Positions 31,057 to 40,931 are shown, counted from the stretch's first letter. The stretch is DNA of 64,000 bases from an uncultured Methylococcus sp. (GCA_964343925.1 CAYFLM010000003.1:5390-69389); one strand, 5' to 3'. Numbers and translations: made by a program. The notes: a model not told the origin generated them from the letters alone.

Positions 31057-32643
31057 ATGTCAGTAACGGCAATTCATGATGATCATCATGACCATGGCCC
31101 TGCAAAAGGGATCATGAGGTGGATCACGACCACCAATCACAAGGATATCGGGACTCTTTACATGATTACTGCTCTCGCCATGTTTATGGTGGGCGGTGCG
31201 ATGGCGCTAGTGATTCGAGCTGAGCTCTTCGAGCCTGGTATGCAGTTTGTTGATCCGATGTTTTTTAACTCGATGACAACATTGCATGCGCTTATTATGG
31301 TTTTCGGTGCGGTCATGCCTGCGTTCGCTGGGCTTGCGAATTGGATGATCCCAATGATGATTGGGGCGCCGGATATGGCTTTGCCGCGACTCAATAATTG
31401 GAGTTACTGGTTGTTGCCTTTTGCTGCTGTCATGTTGCTAAGCACGCTATTCATGGACGGTGGTGCAGCAGCTGCAGGATGGACTTTATACCCGCCTCTG
31501 GTACTCCAAACGGGTGCGGCTCTGCCTTTCACGATATTTACCGTCCACTTGCTCGGGCTATCCTCGATTATGGCGGCTATTAATATTATCGTCACGATCC
31601 TTAATATGAGAGCGCCAGGTATGACGCTCATGAAAATGCCACTTTTTGTGTGGACTTGGTTGATTACAGCCTTTCTTCTCATCGCAATCATGCCAGTCTT
31701 CGCTGGTGCTGTGACGATGTTGTTGACCGATAAGTTTTTCGGCACAAGTTTCTTTAACGCGGCTGGTGGCGGCGATCCCGTCCTTTATCAGCACTTATTC
31801 TGGTTCTTTGGGCATCCAGAAGTTTATGTATTGATCCTGCCTTCTTTTGGGATCATCTCTCAGATCATCCCAACTTTTGCGAGAAAGCCTCTTTTTGGCT
31901 ACAGCTCGATGGTATACGCGACGGCATCGATCGGATTTCTATCATTCATCGTTTGGGCGCACCATCAGTACACGGTGGGTATGCCTGTAGAGGGTGAACT
32001 CTATTTCACCTATGCCACAATGTTGATCGCTGTTCCAACAGGAGTGAAGGTTTTCAACTGGATATCCACGATGTGGAAAGGGGCAATAACCTTTGAAGCG
32101 CCTATGCTCTGGGCTTTAGCTTTTGTTGTCCTTTTCACTATGGGGGGATTTACCGGGCTGATGATGTCGATTTCGCCAGCTGATTTGCAGTATCACGACA
32201 CCTACTTCATCGTGGCGCATTTCCATTATGTGCTGGTTCCTGGTGCTGTATTTGCAATCATGGCTGCAGTGTTTTACTGGCTCCCAAAGTGGACTGGGAG
32301 GATGTACGACGAGGGACTTGCTAAGCTGCATTTCTGGTTGACTGCAATTTCAGTAAATATCTGCTTCTTCCCGCAACATTTTCTGGGACTGGCAGGTATG
32401 CCGAGACGTATCCCTGACTACGCATTACAGTTCGCTGAATTCAATGCATGGTCTTCGGTAGGAGCATTTGTTTTCGGCTTCTCTCAATTGATTCTCTGTT
32501 ACATCGTTCTTAAGGCCGTAAGGGGAGAAGGAGACGTTGTATCGGATGAAGTTTGGGAGGGTGCAAGAGATCATGGGCTTGAATGGAATCTGCCATCTCC
32601 AGCGCCATATCATACGTGGGAAACGGCGCCCGAAATTAAGTAA
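31057..32643 (+). CDS. ctaD: Cytochrome c oxidase subunit I
   Basis: MSVTAIHDD...[14 protein letters not shown]...WFFGHPEVY...HHQYTVG...HFHYVL. ATG 31057 preceded by GAGGT is preferred over the TTG at 31027. Confidence 0.96.
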   Translation: MSVTAIHDDHHDHGPAKGIMRWITTTNHKDIGTLYMITALAMFMVGGAMALVIRAELFEPGMQFVDPMFFNSMTTLHALIMVFGAVMPAFAGLANWMIPMMIGAPDMALPRLNNWSYWLLPFAAVMLLSTLFMDGGAAAAGWTLYPPLVLQTGAALPFTIFTVHLLGLSSIMAAINIIVTILNMRAPGMTLMKMPLFVWTWLITAFLLIAIMPVFAGAVTMLLTDKFFGTSFFNAAGGGDPVLYQHLFWFFGHPEVYVLILPSFGIISQIIPTFARKPLFGYSSMVYATASIGFLSFIVWAHHQYTVGMPVEGELYFTYATMLIAVPTGVKVFNWISTMWKGAITFEAPMLWALAFVVLFTMGGFTGLMMSISPADLQYHDTYFIVAHFHYVLVPGAVFAIMAAVFYWLPKWTGRMYDEGLAKLHFWLTAISVNICFFPQHFLGLAGMPRRIPDYALQFAEFNAWSSVGAFVFGFSQLILCYIVLKAVRGEGDVVSDEVWEGARDHGLEWNLPSPAPYHTWETAPEIK

Positions 32644-32652
32644 GTTAGAAAA

Positions 32653-32772
32653 GTGACTGATGTGAGGACACGGGTTAGGAATATCTTACTGGCGGGCTTA
32701 CTGGCAGCAGTCTCCGTGGGGCTCTACGTGTTTGCAATAGTCAAGATGGCGCAGACTGTAGGAGCCAAGTGA
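32653..32772 (+). CDS. Small single-TM peptide between ctaD and ctaG (possible cytochrome oxidase small assembly protein)
   Basis: Unlisted 39-codon ORF read by hand: VTDVRTRVRNILLAGLLAAVSVGLYVFAIVKMAQTVGAK*. It has a basic N-terminus plus one hydrophobic helix. Its TGA overlaps the ctaG GTG (GTGA). Start codon uncertain (GTG 32653 or 32662). Confidence 0.4.
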   Translation: MTDVRTRVRNILLAGLLAAVSVGLYVFAIVKMAQTVGAK

Positions 32773-33308
32773 CGCCAGATAAATCAAAAGCCAAGACCAG
32801 AAAGTTAGTTTGGCCAATCATGCTATTGGTTGTATTGATGTTTGCTCTTGGCTTTCTTCTGGTGCCGTTCTATGACGTTTTTTGCGAATTAACCGGCTTA
32901 AACGGCAAGGTTAAAACGGTTGCACAATCTGAGAAGAAATTTGAAGTTGATTCTAATCGATGGGTCACAGTGGAGTTGGTCACAACCGTCCACGGTGACA
33001 TGCCATTAGTTTTTCGAGCGGAAAAGACCAAGATAAGAGTACACCCTGGAGAATATCAACGCGTGGTTTTCACGGGGATAAATACTTCAAAGACAACTCT
33101 GAAGGGTAGAGCAGTTCCGAGTATTGCACCAGGTTGGGCAACGAAGTTTCTTAGTAAGACGGAATGTTTTTGTTTTTCGGAACAGACATTCGATCCCGGT
33201 AAAATGCGAGAGATGCCGGTCAGGTTTGTTATTGATCCGGAATTACCGGAGACGGTTTCAGATCTAACGCTCTCATACACTTTTTTCGATATATCAGGCG
33301 AACAATAG
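32769..33308 (+). CDS. ctaG: Cytochrome c oxidase assembly protein CtaG/Cox11
   Basis: 179 aa. N-terminal TM plus conserved FYDVFCELTGLNG and TECFCF copper-binding motif. Confidence 0.9.
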   Translation: MTPDKSKAKTRKLVWPIMLLVVLMFALGFLLVPFYDVFCELTGLNGKVKTVAQSEKKFEVDSNRWVTVELVTTVHGDMPLVFRAEKTKIRVHPGEYQRVVFTGINTSKTTLKGRAVPSIAPGWATKFLSKTECFCFSEQTFDPGKMREMPVRFVIDPELPETVSDLTLSYTFFDISGEQ

Positions 33309-33342
33309 GTAGGCACCTACAAGCTACTGGAGAGGCACATTT

Positions 33343-34224
33343 ATGGCACTGCACGGTTCTTATTATCTTCCGCATAAAGCAACACAACCGATTCTGGGTT
33401 CGGTTGGGTTATTCCTCCTCTTAGGCGGTTTTTCAAGTTATTTAAACGGCTCTCCAAATGCACCCATGGTTATGTGGATCGGTGCTGGTATCGTAATTTT
33501 TATGATGTTCCTCTGGTTTGGAACTGTGATTCGCGAGAGTGTGTCTGGTATTTATAACCATCAAGTGGATGTCTCTTTTAGGATGGGGATGATTTGGTTC
33601 ATTACCTCTGAGGTTTTCTTTTTTGCGGCCTTCTTTGGGGCACTCTATTATGCAAGGCAGCTGGCTTTGCCATGGATGGGGGGTGAGGGTTCGAATTTGG
33701 GAATAGACACCCACCAGTATCTATGGGATTCGTTTAAGAATGTATGGCCTACAAACGGACCGGGTCACATTGGGGGCAAAGAGGGTGGAGAGTTTGAACC
33801 CATGGGTGCATGGGGAATACCCGCGATTAATACGCTAATACTTTTGACGAGTGGAGCCACGGTCACATGGGCCCACTGGGGTTTGTTGAAAGATGACCGC
33901 AAACAGCTGATTTTTGGGTTGGCTTTGACGGTGGCTTTGGGATTCGCGTTTGTCGTGTTCCAAGGGATGGAGTACCACGAAGCCTATACTGAAATGGGGC
34001 TGACGCTTGGTACGGGAATTTATGGTTCCACGTTTTTCATGCTAACCGGATTTCACGGTCTGCATGTAACGATTGGGGCAATAATGCTCACCGTGGTTTT
34101 GCTTAGAAGTATTCGAGGACATTTCTCATCCCACAACCATTTTGCCTTTGAAGCGGCCGCTTGGTATTGGCACTTCGTGGATGTCGTCTGGTTGGGATTG
34201 TTCGTATTCGTCTATTGGCTTTGA
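33343..34224 (+). CDS. coxC: Cytochrome c oxidase subunit III
   Basis: 293 aa polytopic protein. ...GSTFFMLTGFHGLHVTIG...AAWYWHFVDVVWL. Confidence 0.92.
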   Translation: MALHGSYYLPHKATQPILGSVGLFLLLGGFSSYLNGSPNAPMVMWIGAGIVIFMMFLWFGTVIRESVSGIYNHQVDVSFRMGMIWFITSEVFFFAAFFGALYYARQLALPWMGGEGSNLGIDTHQYLWDSFKNVWPTNGPGHIGGKEGGEFEPMGAWGIPAINTLILLTSGATVTWAHWGLLKDDRKQLIFGLALTVALGFAFVVFQGMEYHEAYTEMGLTLGTGIYGSTFFMLTGFHGLHVTIGAIMLTVVLLRSIRGHFSSHNHFAFEAAAWYWHFVDVVWLGLFVFVYWL

Positions 34225-34273
34225 GATAACCGACTTCAATCCTTTTTGTTGATAACACTCTGGATCAATGGCG

Positions 34274-35140
34274 CTACTGCTTAAGCGCGGGTGGTGGCGC
34301 TTTGATCTGATCCGAAAATAGATGACCTACGTCAATGCGGTCGAAGACGTAACGTTTATTGCAAAAATCACAAAACACGGTAACGTGCCCCTCTTCTTTG
34401 AGTACTTCTGATACTTCCTTTTCTCCGAGGGCGACGAGTACCCCGGCTACCTTCGATTGGGAGCAGCCACAAGAGAAGCGTATTTGTTTAGGCTCAAAAA
34501 GCTTTACGGTCTCTTCATTGAAAAGACGATACAACAGAGTCTCATTTTCAAGACCTATCAGTTCTTCATGAGTCAGCGTTTCCGTGAGCAGGTTGATACG
34601 GCTCCAGTCTTCCTGAATAACATCAGCCTTAGGGAGGCCTTGAAGCAGCAGACCGGAAGCGCCTCCTTGACCACTTGTCAGAACGAATTTAGTGGGTAAT
34701 TGCTCGGAGCGGGCAAAATAAGCTTCCAGAGCTTGGCCAATAGAATCGCCCTCCATGGGTACAATTCCTTGATAAGCGATTTGGCCTTCGTTCTGAACGG
34801 TCAGGATTAGCTTGGAATCTTTAAAAAGATCGTGAAAGTGATGAGATGGAAGCTCCTCATTGTAATGAACCATTCCCCTGAAGGTTCCAGTGTGGTGGGC
34901 TTGAACTACAAGCGTTCGAATGGGTCCATCCCCCTGTATTTGGATAACTATCGACCCTCGGCTTTTTAAGTTGGATACCATAAGAATCGAGGCCAGTACC
35001 ACCTGAGCCAGCTGATCCTCAATGATGCGGGGATAGTCTGAATTGGCTACCAGAGCTTTCCAACTTTGATCAAGGTGTACTATTTGTCCCCGAATGGATA
35101 GATCTTCGAAGAGAAAGCTTTGAATTTGATCGTTTTGCAT
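34274..35140 (-). CDS. hslO: Redox-regulated chaperone Hsp33
   Basis: 288 aa. C-terminal zinc/redox switch CGCS...CDFCNKRY. Confidence 0.92.
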   Translation of the reverse strand: MQNDQIQSFLFEDLSIRGQIVHLDQSWKALVANSDYPRIIEDQLAQVVLASILMVSNLKSRGSIVIQIQGDGPIRTLVVQAHHTGTFRGMVHYNEELPSHHFHDLFKDSKLILTVQNEGQIAYQGIVPMEGDSIGQALEAYFARSEQLPTKFVLTSGQGGASGLLLQGLPKADVIQEDWSRINLLTETLTHEELIGLENETLLYRLFNEETVKLFEPKQIRFSCGCSQSKVAGVLVALGEKEVSEVLKEEGHVTVFCDFCNKRYVFDRIDVGHLFSDQIKAPPPALKQ

Positions 35141-35193
35141 TTGGTTGGCGGTTGAGTAAGCGTTAGCATTAAGTTCCCAGCGCGGAGCATGGA

Positions 35194-35841
35194 ATGATGT
35201 TTTTTAAAAAACAAAGACTACCTCAAATGCCTCGTGCAGAGGAGATTTTGCCAGGAAGACCGAATCCGATTTTTGATGTCGGTTCCCATGAAATCCTTGG
35301 TCGGCCCTTGCTGCCACCCTATCCAGAGGGGTATCAAAAAGCGGTTTTAGGTCTCGGATGTTTCTGGGGCGCTGAAAGGGCTTTTTGGCGGGAAGAGGGT
35401 GTCTACGTGACTGCGGTAGGTTATGCGGGGGGAAGTACTCCTCATCCAACCTACGATGAGGTTTGTAGTGGCTTAACCGGGCATGCTGAATCTATTCTCA
35501 TTGTATTTAATCCAATACAGGTTTCTTATGCCCAATTATTGAAGAAATTCTTTGAAATACATGACCCGACTCAGGGTATGCGCCAAGGTAATGATATCGG
35601 GACTCAATATCGTTCTATGATCATGACATTTTCTGAGAAGCATCGAGAGGTGGCCAACGCTGCAAAGATGAGATTTCAAAAGATATTGGAACGCGAGGCC
35701 GGTCAAAAAATCGTGACGACTGAGGTGGTTGAGGGTGGCGATTTTTATTTTGCCGAGCCTGAGCACCAGCAATATCTGGCTCGTAATCCAAACGGTTACT
35801 GTGGGCTCAAAGGGCTGGGGTTTTCGATGGGGGATTTCTAA
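35194..35841 (+). CDS. msrA: Peptide-methionine (S)-S-oxide reductase
   Basis: 215 aa. Catalytic GCFWG motif (LGLGCFWGAERAFW). Confidence 0.92.
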   Translation: MMFFKKQRLPQMPRAEEILPGRPNPIFDVGSHEILGRPLLPPYPEGYQKAVLGLGCFWGAERAFWREEGVYVTAVGYAGGSTPHPTYDEVCSGLTGHAESILIVFNPIQVSYAQLLKKFFEIHDPTQGMRQGNDIGTQYRSMIMTFSEKHREVANAAKMRFQKILEREAGQKIVTTEVVEGGDFYFAEPEHQQYLARNPNGYCGLKGLGFSMGDF

Positions 35842-35869
35842 TTAACAGGCCCAACGGCAAGGACCATAC

Positions 35870-37210
35870 ATGAGTGCAGAACCGCTTTCGAGTATTCCCA
35901 GTCCAGTGATGCCTGCCGTCGATGCAAGGCAAAATTTACGCTGGTTATTCGTACTTCGTAACTTGATGATCGTCGGCGAGGCGATTGTGATTCTTATGAG
36001 TCTTTATGGGCTTAATTTGCCGCTAAAGGAGGTACCCCTTTGGGGGATTTTGACTTTTTTGTCTTTCTTTAACTGGTGGACATGGTTGAGGTTAACGGCA
36101 ACTGACGCGATATATGAGAATGAAATATTTCTTCAGTTATCCTGCGATGTTTTGGCTATCACCGCCATTTTGTACTTTACCGGGGGAGCGACTAACCCCA
36201 TTGCCTGGTTCTTCCTGCTGCCACTAATTATCGCAGCAACCCTATTAAGGCAAGAATATACTTGGTACATGGTTATTTTCACTTCTGGGTGCTACACCCT
36301 TTTGATGAGTTATTACCAGCCCTTACCCAATATTCAGCCGACATTGCAGGGGGATGCGGCGCATCGATTGCAGCACATGATGCCGGAAAGAGATCTGAAT
36401 CTTCATGTATTCGGAATGTGGTTTGGTTTTGTTTTCAGTGCGGTGCTGGTTGCTTACTTCGTTGTCGAGATGGCCAAGACGATAAGAGCCCGTGAACAGA
36501 GTTTGGCAGAGGCCAGAGAGCAAAGTTTGCGAAATGAGAGGGTTGTCGCTCTTGGAACCTTGGCTGCGGGTGCTGCGCATGAGATTAGTACCCCTCTCGC
36601 AACAATGGCAATTCTGATTGGCGAGATCCATGACGAAAGTGATTCCGGATCAAACCCTGAAATGGTCGAAAAAATGAAGATCCTGAGGGAGCAGGTTGGC
36701 CGTTGCAAACAGGCCTTATCCGTGATGTCGGCAACGGCTGGAGAAATTAGAGCAGAGAGCGGTCACGTAGAGTCTATAGATCTCTACATGGAAAATGTTG
36801 TTAAGAGTTGGCGAAGCCAGCGCCCTGGGTGCAGGCTGAAGTACCAAAAGTCTGGATTCATGCCTGTCCCGTACATACTTGCGGAGTTAACTCTAACTCA
36901 TGCCTTGGTAAACATTCTAAATAATGCGGCAGATGTCTCCCCGAAGGGGATTGAGTTAACGGTTAAGTGGACCCCAGCCTCGATCATTCTTAACGTGCTT
37001 GATCGTGGCCCTGGGATTTCTCCTTCTGTTGCTGATCAAATAGGCAAGGTTCCAATTTCAACTAAAGAGGCTGGGTTGGGTGTGGGGCTATTCTTGGCCT
37101 TTGCAACAATTAATAGATTGGGCGGATCCATTGAGATGGTTCAAAGGCAGCAAGTCACGGGAACTGTGACGAAAATTGTTCTACCGGTAGTGAGCGCAGG
37201 ATCTATTTGA
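35870..37210 (+). CDS. regB: Redox-sensing histidine kinase, RegB/PrrB family
   Basis: 446 aa. Multi-TM N-terminus containing GGATNPI (compare the RegB quinone-site heptapeptide GGxxNPF as recalled). H-box AAHEISTPL. Cys in the REQVGRCKQAL redox-box position. HATPase G-boxes. Confidence 0.72.
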   Translation: MSAEPLSSIPSPVMPAVDARQNLRWLFVLRNLMIVGEAIVILMSLYGLNLPLKEVPLWGILTFLSFFNWWTWLRLTATDAIYENEIFLQLSCDVLAITAILYFTGGATNPIAWFFLLPLIIAATLLRQEYTWYMVIFTSGCYTLLMSYYQPLPNIQPTLQGDAAHRLQHMMPERDLNLHVFGMWFGFVFSAVLVAYFVVEMAKTIRAREQSLAEAREQSLRNERVVALGTLAAGAAHEISTPLATMAILIGEIHDESDSGSNPEMVEKMKILREQVGRCKQALSVMSATAGEIRAESGHVESIDLYMENVVKSWRSQRPGCRLKYQKSGFMPVPYILAELTLTHALVNILNNAADVSPKGIELTVKWTPASIILNVLDRGPGISPSVADQIGKVPISTKEAGLGVGLFLAFATINRLGGSIEMVQRQQVTGTVTKIVLPVVSAGSI

Positions 37211-37222
37211 TGGGAGCATTCT

Positions 37223-37774
37223 TTGACTGAACAAAATATTCCTACAAAACCCTCTCTTTTGCTTGTAGATGATGATCCTACATTTTGTGGGGTTCTCAAG
37301 TTGGCTTTGGATAAAAGGGGCTTTGATGCGCAAGTTGCGACTAACTTGGATGAAGGGATTCAGCTTGCAGAAAAGATAGAGCCCGAATTTGCTGTGATTG
37401 ATTTGAGAATTGGTCAAGAATCAGGATTGGTGTTGGTTAAAAAACTACACGAGCTCGACAGTAATACTCGAATTGTCATGCTGACAGGATTTGCGAGTAT
37501 TGCGACCGCAGTGGAAGCTATTAAGCTTGGGGCGGTTCATTACTTGGCCAAGCCTGCGGATGCGGATGAAATTGTGGCTGCCTTGCACAAGGAGCAGGGT
37601 GATGATTCGGTAGAGATCAAAGACAAGCCGCTTTCGGTCAGGCGGCTGGAGTGGGAGCACCTGCAAAAAATTTTAGCCGAACATGGCGGAAACATCTCTG
37701 CTGCCGCCAGGGCTTTGGGGATGCACCGTCGCACCTTACAAAGAAAGCTTGAAAAAAGACCCGTGCGTGAATAG
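37223..37774 (+). CDS. regA: Response regulator, RegA/PrrA/ActR family (receiver + Fis-type HTH)
   Basis: 183 aa, TTG start after GGGAG. Receiver domain (LLLVDDD...IDLRI...) and near-invariant C-terminal HTH NISAAARALGMHRRTLQRKL. Confidence 0.8.
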   Translation: MTEQNIPTKPSLLLVDDDPTFCGVLKLALDKRGFDAQVATNLDEGIQLAEKIEPEFAVIDLRIGQESGLVLVKKLHELDSNTRIVMLTGFASIATAVEAIKLGAVHYLAKPADADEIVAALHKEQGDDSVEIKDKPLSVRRLEWEHLQKILAEHGGNISAAARALGMHRRTLQRKLEKRPVRE

Positions 37775-37817
37775 CGCTTTGATCGATGAAGAAATTGGGT
37801 TTTGAGGGTGTTGGAAT

Positions 37818-38792
37818 TTAAATGCTCTCGTACAGGCGAGTCATGCGGTGCAGTTGTGCTTCAATTTCTCTTCTGAGCTCTAGTGGTTCGAGAACCATCG
37901 CACTGTCGCCATGCTTCAGAATCTCCGTAATAAGTTCTCTACTGTCGCTATAGGGCAACTCAAGAATTAGGCCGCCATCCTCTAGCTTCTTAAGGTTTTG
38001 CTTTGGATGCCATTCTTCCTGCTCAATCCAGCGCGCACGTTCCGCAGTGAATTGAATTCGCGCCCAAGCTATTGCTGCGCCGGAAAATATTCCGAAGCCT
38101 TCTGAGAAATGATTGTTTAATTGTTCATCCCCGACATCAACGGCCATTTCCTTAATGCGTTCAGCAGACTCAATGCTGTCTACTGCAAAACACCGTATGC
38201 CTTCTCGGAGATGACACCAAGCATCGATATACCAATTATCTCTGTAGAAGGTCATGCGTTGTGGCGAGATATTTCGAGAAGTCATTTCATTGGAGTTTCT
38301 GTTGCGGTGATTCACCTTGACCTGAGTGCGATTGAGGAGGCAAAAGCACAGTTCATCAAAGATATGGCTTTGATAGCGTCTTCTTCCTGTGTGGAAAACT
38401 TTTATTCTTCTTGTAATCTCCATTCTGTCCGGAGATTTATCCTCAAGCAGATTGACTAGTTTGTTGTAAATAGGGGTGATTTGCTGATCCAGGAAGCTGG
38501 TGCCCAAGTCATCAATCAGTTCGCGTAGCGCCATTAGCGATTGGATTTCTGTGACGCTGAACCAAAGTCCTGGCAGTTCGCTAATATTTGTCTCGTCGCT
38601 GGATTCGATGCGATACCCTCGGCTTTTTCTATCCCAGGTAATTGGCACGCCCAAGCGGTCTCGCAGATATTCAATATCTCGCTTGAATGTGGCCGATGAA
38701 ACGCCAAGGTCGAACAAAAATTCCTCGATCGCCACGGTGCCTCTTTCCCTTAACTTGCGTTCAATTTTGTAGAAACGTTCTGTTCTATCCAT
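37818..38792 (-). CDS. HTH + WYL domain transcriptional regulator (YafY family)
   Basis: 324 aa. N-terminal winged-HTH (RFYKIERKLRERGTVAIEEFLFDLGVSSATFKRDIEYLRD). Central WYL-type domain (ISPQRMTFYRDNWYIDAWCHLREGIRCFAVDSI). C-terminal extension. Confidence 0.8.
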   Translation of the reverse strand: MDRTERFYKIERKLRERGTVAIEEFLFDLGVSSATFKRDIEYLRDRLGVPITWDRKSRGYRIESSDETNISELPGLWFSVTEIQSLMALRELIDDLGTSFLDQQITPIYNKLVNLLEDKSPDRMEITRRIKVFHTGRRRYQSHIFDELCFCLLNRTQVKVNHRNRNSNEMTSRNISPQRMTFYRDNWYIDAWCHLREGIRCFAVDSIESAERIKEMAVDVGDEQLNNHFSEGFGIFSGAAIAWARIQFTAERARWIEQEEWHPKQNLKKLEDGGLILELPYSDSRELITEILKHGDSAMVLEPLELRREIEAQLHRMTRLYESI

Positions 38793-38818
38793 GGTGCGTC
38801 ACTTTTGGCTAGAGGTTA

Positions 38819-38847
38819 TTGTAAGTTACGATTTTATCTGATATTCT
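38819..38847 (+). promoter_or_regulatory. Candidate sigma70 promoter for tRNA-Val
   Basis: TTGTAA-17 nt-TATTCT ending about 15 nt upstream of the mature tRNA 5' end. Confidence 0.3.
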
Positions 38848-38862
38848 TCTCGGCTTGATTAG

Positions 38863-38939
38863 AGGCGCGTAGCTCAGTTGGTTAGAGCACCACCTTGACA
38901 TGGTGGGGGTCGTTGGTTCGAGTCCAATCGCGCCTACCA
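38863..38939 (+). tRNA. tRNA-Val (anticodon GAC)
   Basis: Cloverleaf folded by hand: acceptor AGGCGCG/CGCGCCT, anticodon arm CCACC-TTGACAT-GGTGG, T-arm GGTTCGAGTCC, encoded CCA. Near-identical to E. coli tRNA-Val(GAC) as recalled. Confidence 0.95.
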
Positions 38940-38948
38940 CTTTTTGGG

Positions 38949-38975
38949 GAAGCATCGCATGGCGATGCTTTTTTT
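38949..38975 (+). terminator. Rho-independent terminator directly after tRNA-Val
   Basis: gaagcatcgc-atg-gcgatgctt hairpin (9-10 bp) running into TTTTTTT. Confidence 0.6.
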
Positions 38976-38991
38976 GTCTTTGAGGATTGGT

Positions 38992-40899
38992 ATGCCGGTC
39001 GTAACTCTCCCAGATGGTTCACAAAAACACTTCGATCATCCTGTCACTGTGCTGGATGTCGCGGCTTCAATTGGTGCGGGCTTAGCAAAGTCAGCGCTGG
39101 CCGGGCGAGTAGATGAGAAGTTGGTGGATTTGACGTTTCTTCTGGAAAAAGATGCCTCGGTGTCGATTGTTACGTCACGAGATGCAGATGGTTTGGAGGT
39201 TATTAGGCACTCGACCGCCCATTTGCTCGCTCAGGCAGTCAAAGAGATCTTTCCTTCCGCTCAGGTAACCATTGGGCCGGTTGTAGAAAACGGTTTCTAT
39301 TATGACTTTGCATTTGAGAGATCTTTTACCCCGGAGGATCTTGAGAAAATTGAGACAAGAATGACCGAGTTGGCGCGAGCAGCGATTCCTGTGTCGAGGA
39401 AGGTCTCGGGCAGGCAGGAAGCGGTCGATTTCTTTCTGTCTCAGGGGGAAAGTTACAAGGCGGAAATAATTCGGGAAATTCCAGACGGTGCTGAGATTTC
39501 TCTTTATTCCCAGGGCGATTTTACGGATTTGTGTCGGGGTCCCCACGTTCCAAATACGGACCGGCTTCAGGCCTTTAAGTTAATGAAGATCGCTGGGGCC
39601 TACTGGCGCGGAGACTCAAATAACCAAGTCCTTCAGCGCATCTACGGAACTGCCTGGGGAGACAAGAAGGATTTGAAGGCTTATCTCGCCAAGCTTGAGG
39701 AGGCGGAGAAGAGAGACCATCGTAAGCTTGGTAAAGCGTTGGATCTTTTTCATATGCAGGAGGAGGCTCCTGGGATGGTCTTTTGGCACCCTAAGGGTTG
39801 GGTGCTATGGCAGGTCATCGAACAATACATGCGTGCGGTCTTCCGCTCGAATGGCTATCAGGAGATCAAGACCCCGCTGGTTGTTTCGCGGTCCCTTTGG
39901 GAGAAATCTGGTCACTGGGACAAATTTCAGGCGGATATGTTTACGACGGCGTCAGAAAATCGAGACTATGCGATTAAGCCGATGAACTGTCCGTGTCACA
40001 TTCAGGTTTATAACCAAGGCTTGAAGAGTTACAGGGAGCTTCCGCTAAGATTGGCAGAGTTTGGTTCTTGTCATCGTAATGAGCTATCAGGCGTATTGCA
40101 TGGGCTGATGCGTGTGCGAGGGTTTACTCAAGATGATGCGCATATTTTTTGCACGGAAGGCCAGGTCCAGTCTGAAGTTTCCCGATTCATAGATCTTTTG
40201 TATGCGGTCTATGCTGATTTTGGATTCAAAAAGGTTTCGGTGAAGCTCTCAACAAGACCCAAGAACCGTGTGGGTTCGGATGAGGTTTGGGATAGGGCTG
40301 AAGCGGCCTTAAAGGAAGCGCTTGATCATAAGGGGTTAGATTGGCAGTTGCAGCCAGGAGAGGGCGCGTTTTACGGGCCTAAAATCGAATTTTCCCTCTT
40401 GGATTGTCTCGACCGGGTTTGGCAGTGTGGAACAATTCAAGTTGATTTTTCTATGCCAGAGCGACTGGGTGCCACCTATGTTAGCGAGGATGGCTCAAAG
40501 AAAACCCCGGTCATGTTGCACCGAGCGATTCTTGGATCATTGGAAAGATTTATCGGAATTCTGATTGAGCATCATGCCGGTTTCTTTCCTATCTGGCTTG
40601 CTCCAGTGCAGTGTGTGGTTATTAATATTACTGATGCACAGGCCGATTACGCTCGTTTGGTAGTCGAAAACCTGTCGAATAAAGGGATTCGGGTCGAAAG
40701 CGACTTGAGAAATGAGAAGATCGGCTTTAAAATCCGCGATCACTCTATGAAACGTGTCCCCTACCTTGTGGTTGTTGGGGACAAAGAGCGAGAGACTGGA
40801 TCCGTTACCTTGAGAACTCAAAGTGGCGAAGATCTGGGCTTGCTGACTCTTGAGCAGTTGGCGGAAAGGCTTTGTAACGAGTCACGTGTTCAGGTTTAG
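38992..40899 (+). CDS. thrS: Threonine--tRNA ligase
   Basis: From [24 protein letters not shown] (TGS domain) through class-II motifs. ATG 38992 is preceded by TGAGGA. The ORF-track start at 38944 lies inside the tRNA terminator. Confidence 0.96.
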   Translation: MPVVTLPDGSQKHFDHPVTVLDVAASIGAGLAKSALAGRVDEKLVDLTFLLEKDASVSIVTSRDADGLEVIRHSTAHLLAQAVKEIFPSAQVTIGPVVENGFYYDFAFERSFTPEDLEKIETRMTELARAAIPVSRKVSGRQEAVDFFLSQGESYKAEIIREIPDGAEISLYSQGDFTDLCRGPHVPNTDRLQAFKLMKIAGAYWRGDSNNQVLQRIYGTAWGDKKDLKAYLAKLEEAEKRDHRKLGKALDLFHMQEEAPGMVFWHPKGWVLWQVIEQYMRAVFRSNGYQEIKTPLVVSRSLWEKSGHWDKFQADMFTTASENRDYAIKPMNCPCHIQVYNQGLKSYRELPLRLAEFGSCHRNELSGVLHGLMRVRGFTQDDAHIFCTEGQVQSEVSRFIDLLYAVYADFGFKKVSVKLSTRPKNRVGSDEVWDRAEAALKEALDHKGLDWQLQPGEGAFYGPKIEFSLLDCLDRVWQCGTIQVDFSMPERLGATYVSEDGSKKTPVMLHRAILGSLERFIGILIEHHAGFFPIWLAPVQCVVINITDAQADYARLVVENLSNKGIRVESDLRNEKIGFKIRDHSMKRVPYLVVVGDKERETGSVTLRTQSGEDLGLLTLEQLAERLCNESRVQV

Positions 40900-40931
40900 T
40901 GTGTCATCTGGATTACTAGGAGGATCGGGCT

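Noticed and set aside
31158-32613. Multiple 61-113 aa ORFs inside or antisense to ctaD
   Set aside because: They are nested in the highly conserved subunit I frame and are artefacts of a long hydrophobic-codon gene.
38895-39116. 73-aa ORF, and the N-terminal extension of the thrS ORF (38944..38991)
   Set aside because: Both start inside tRNA-Val or its terminator hairpin. ThrRS homology begins at MPVVTLPDG (ATG 38992), which has its own SD.
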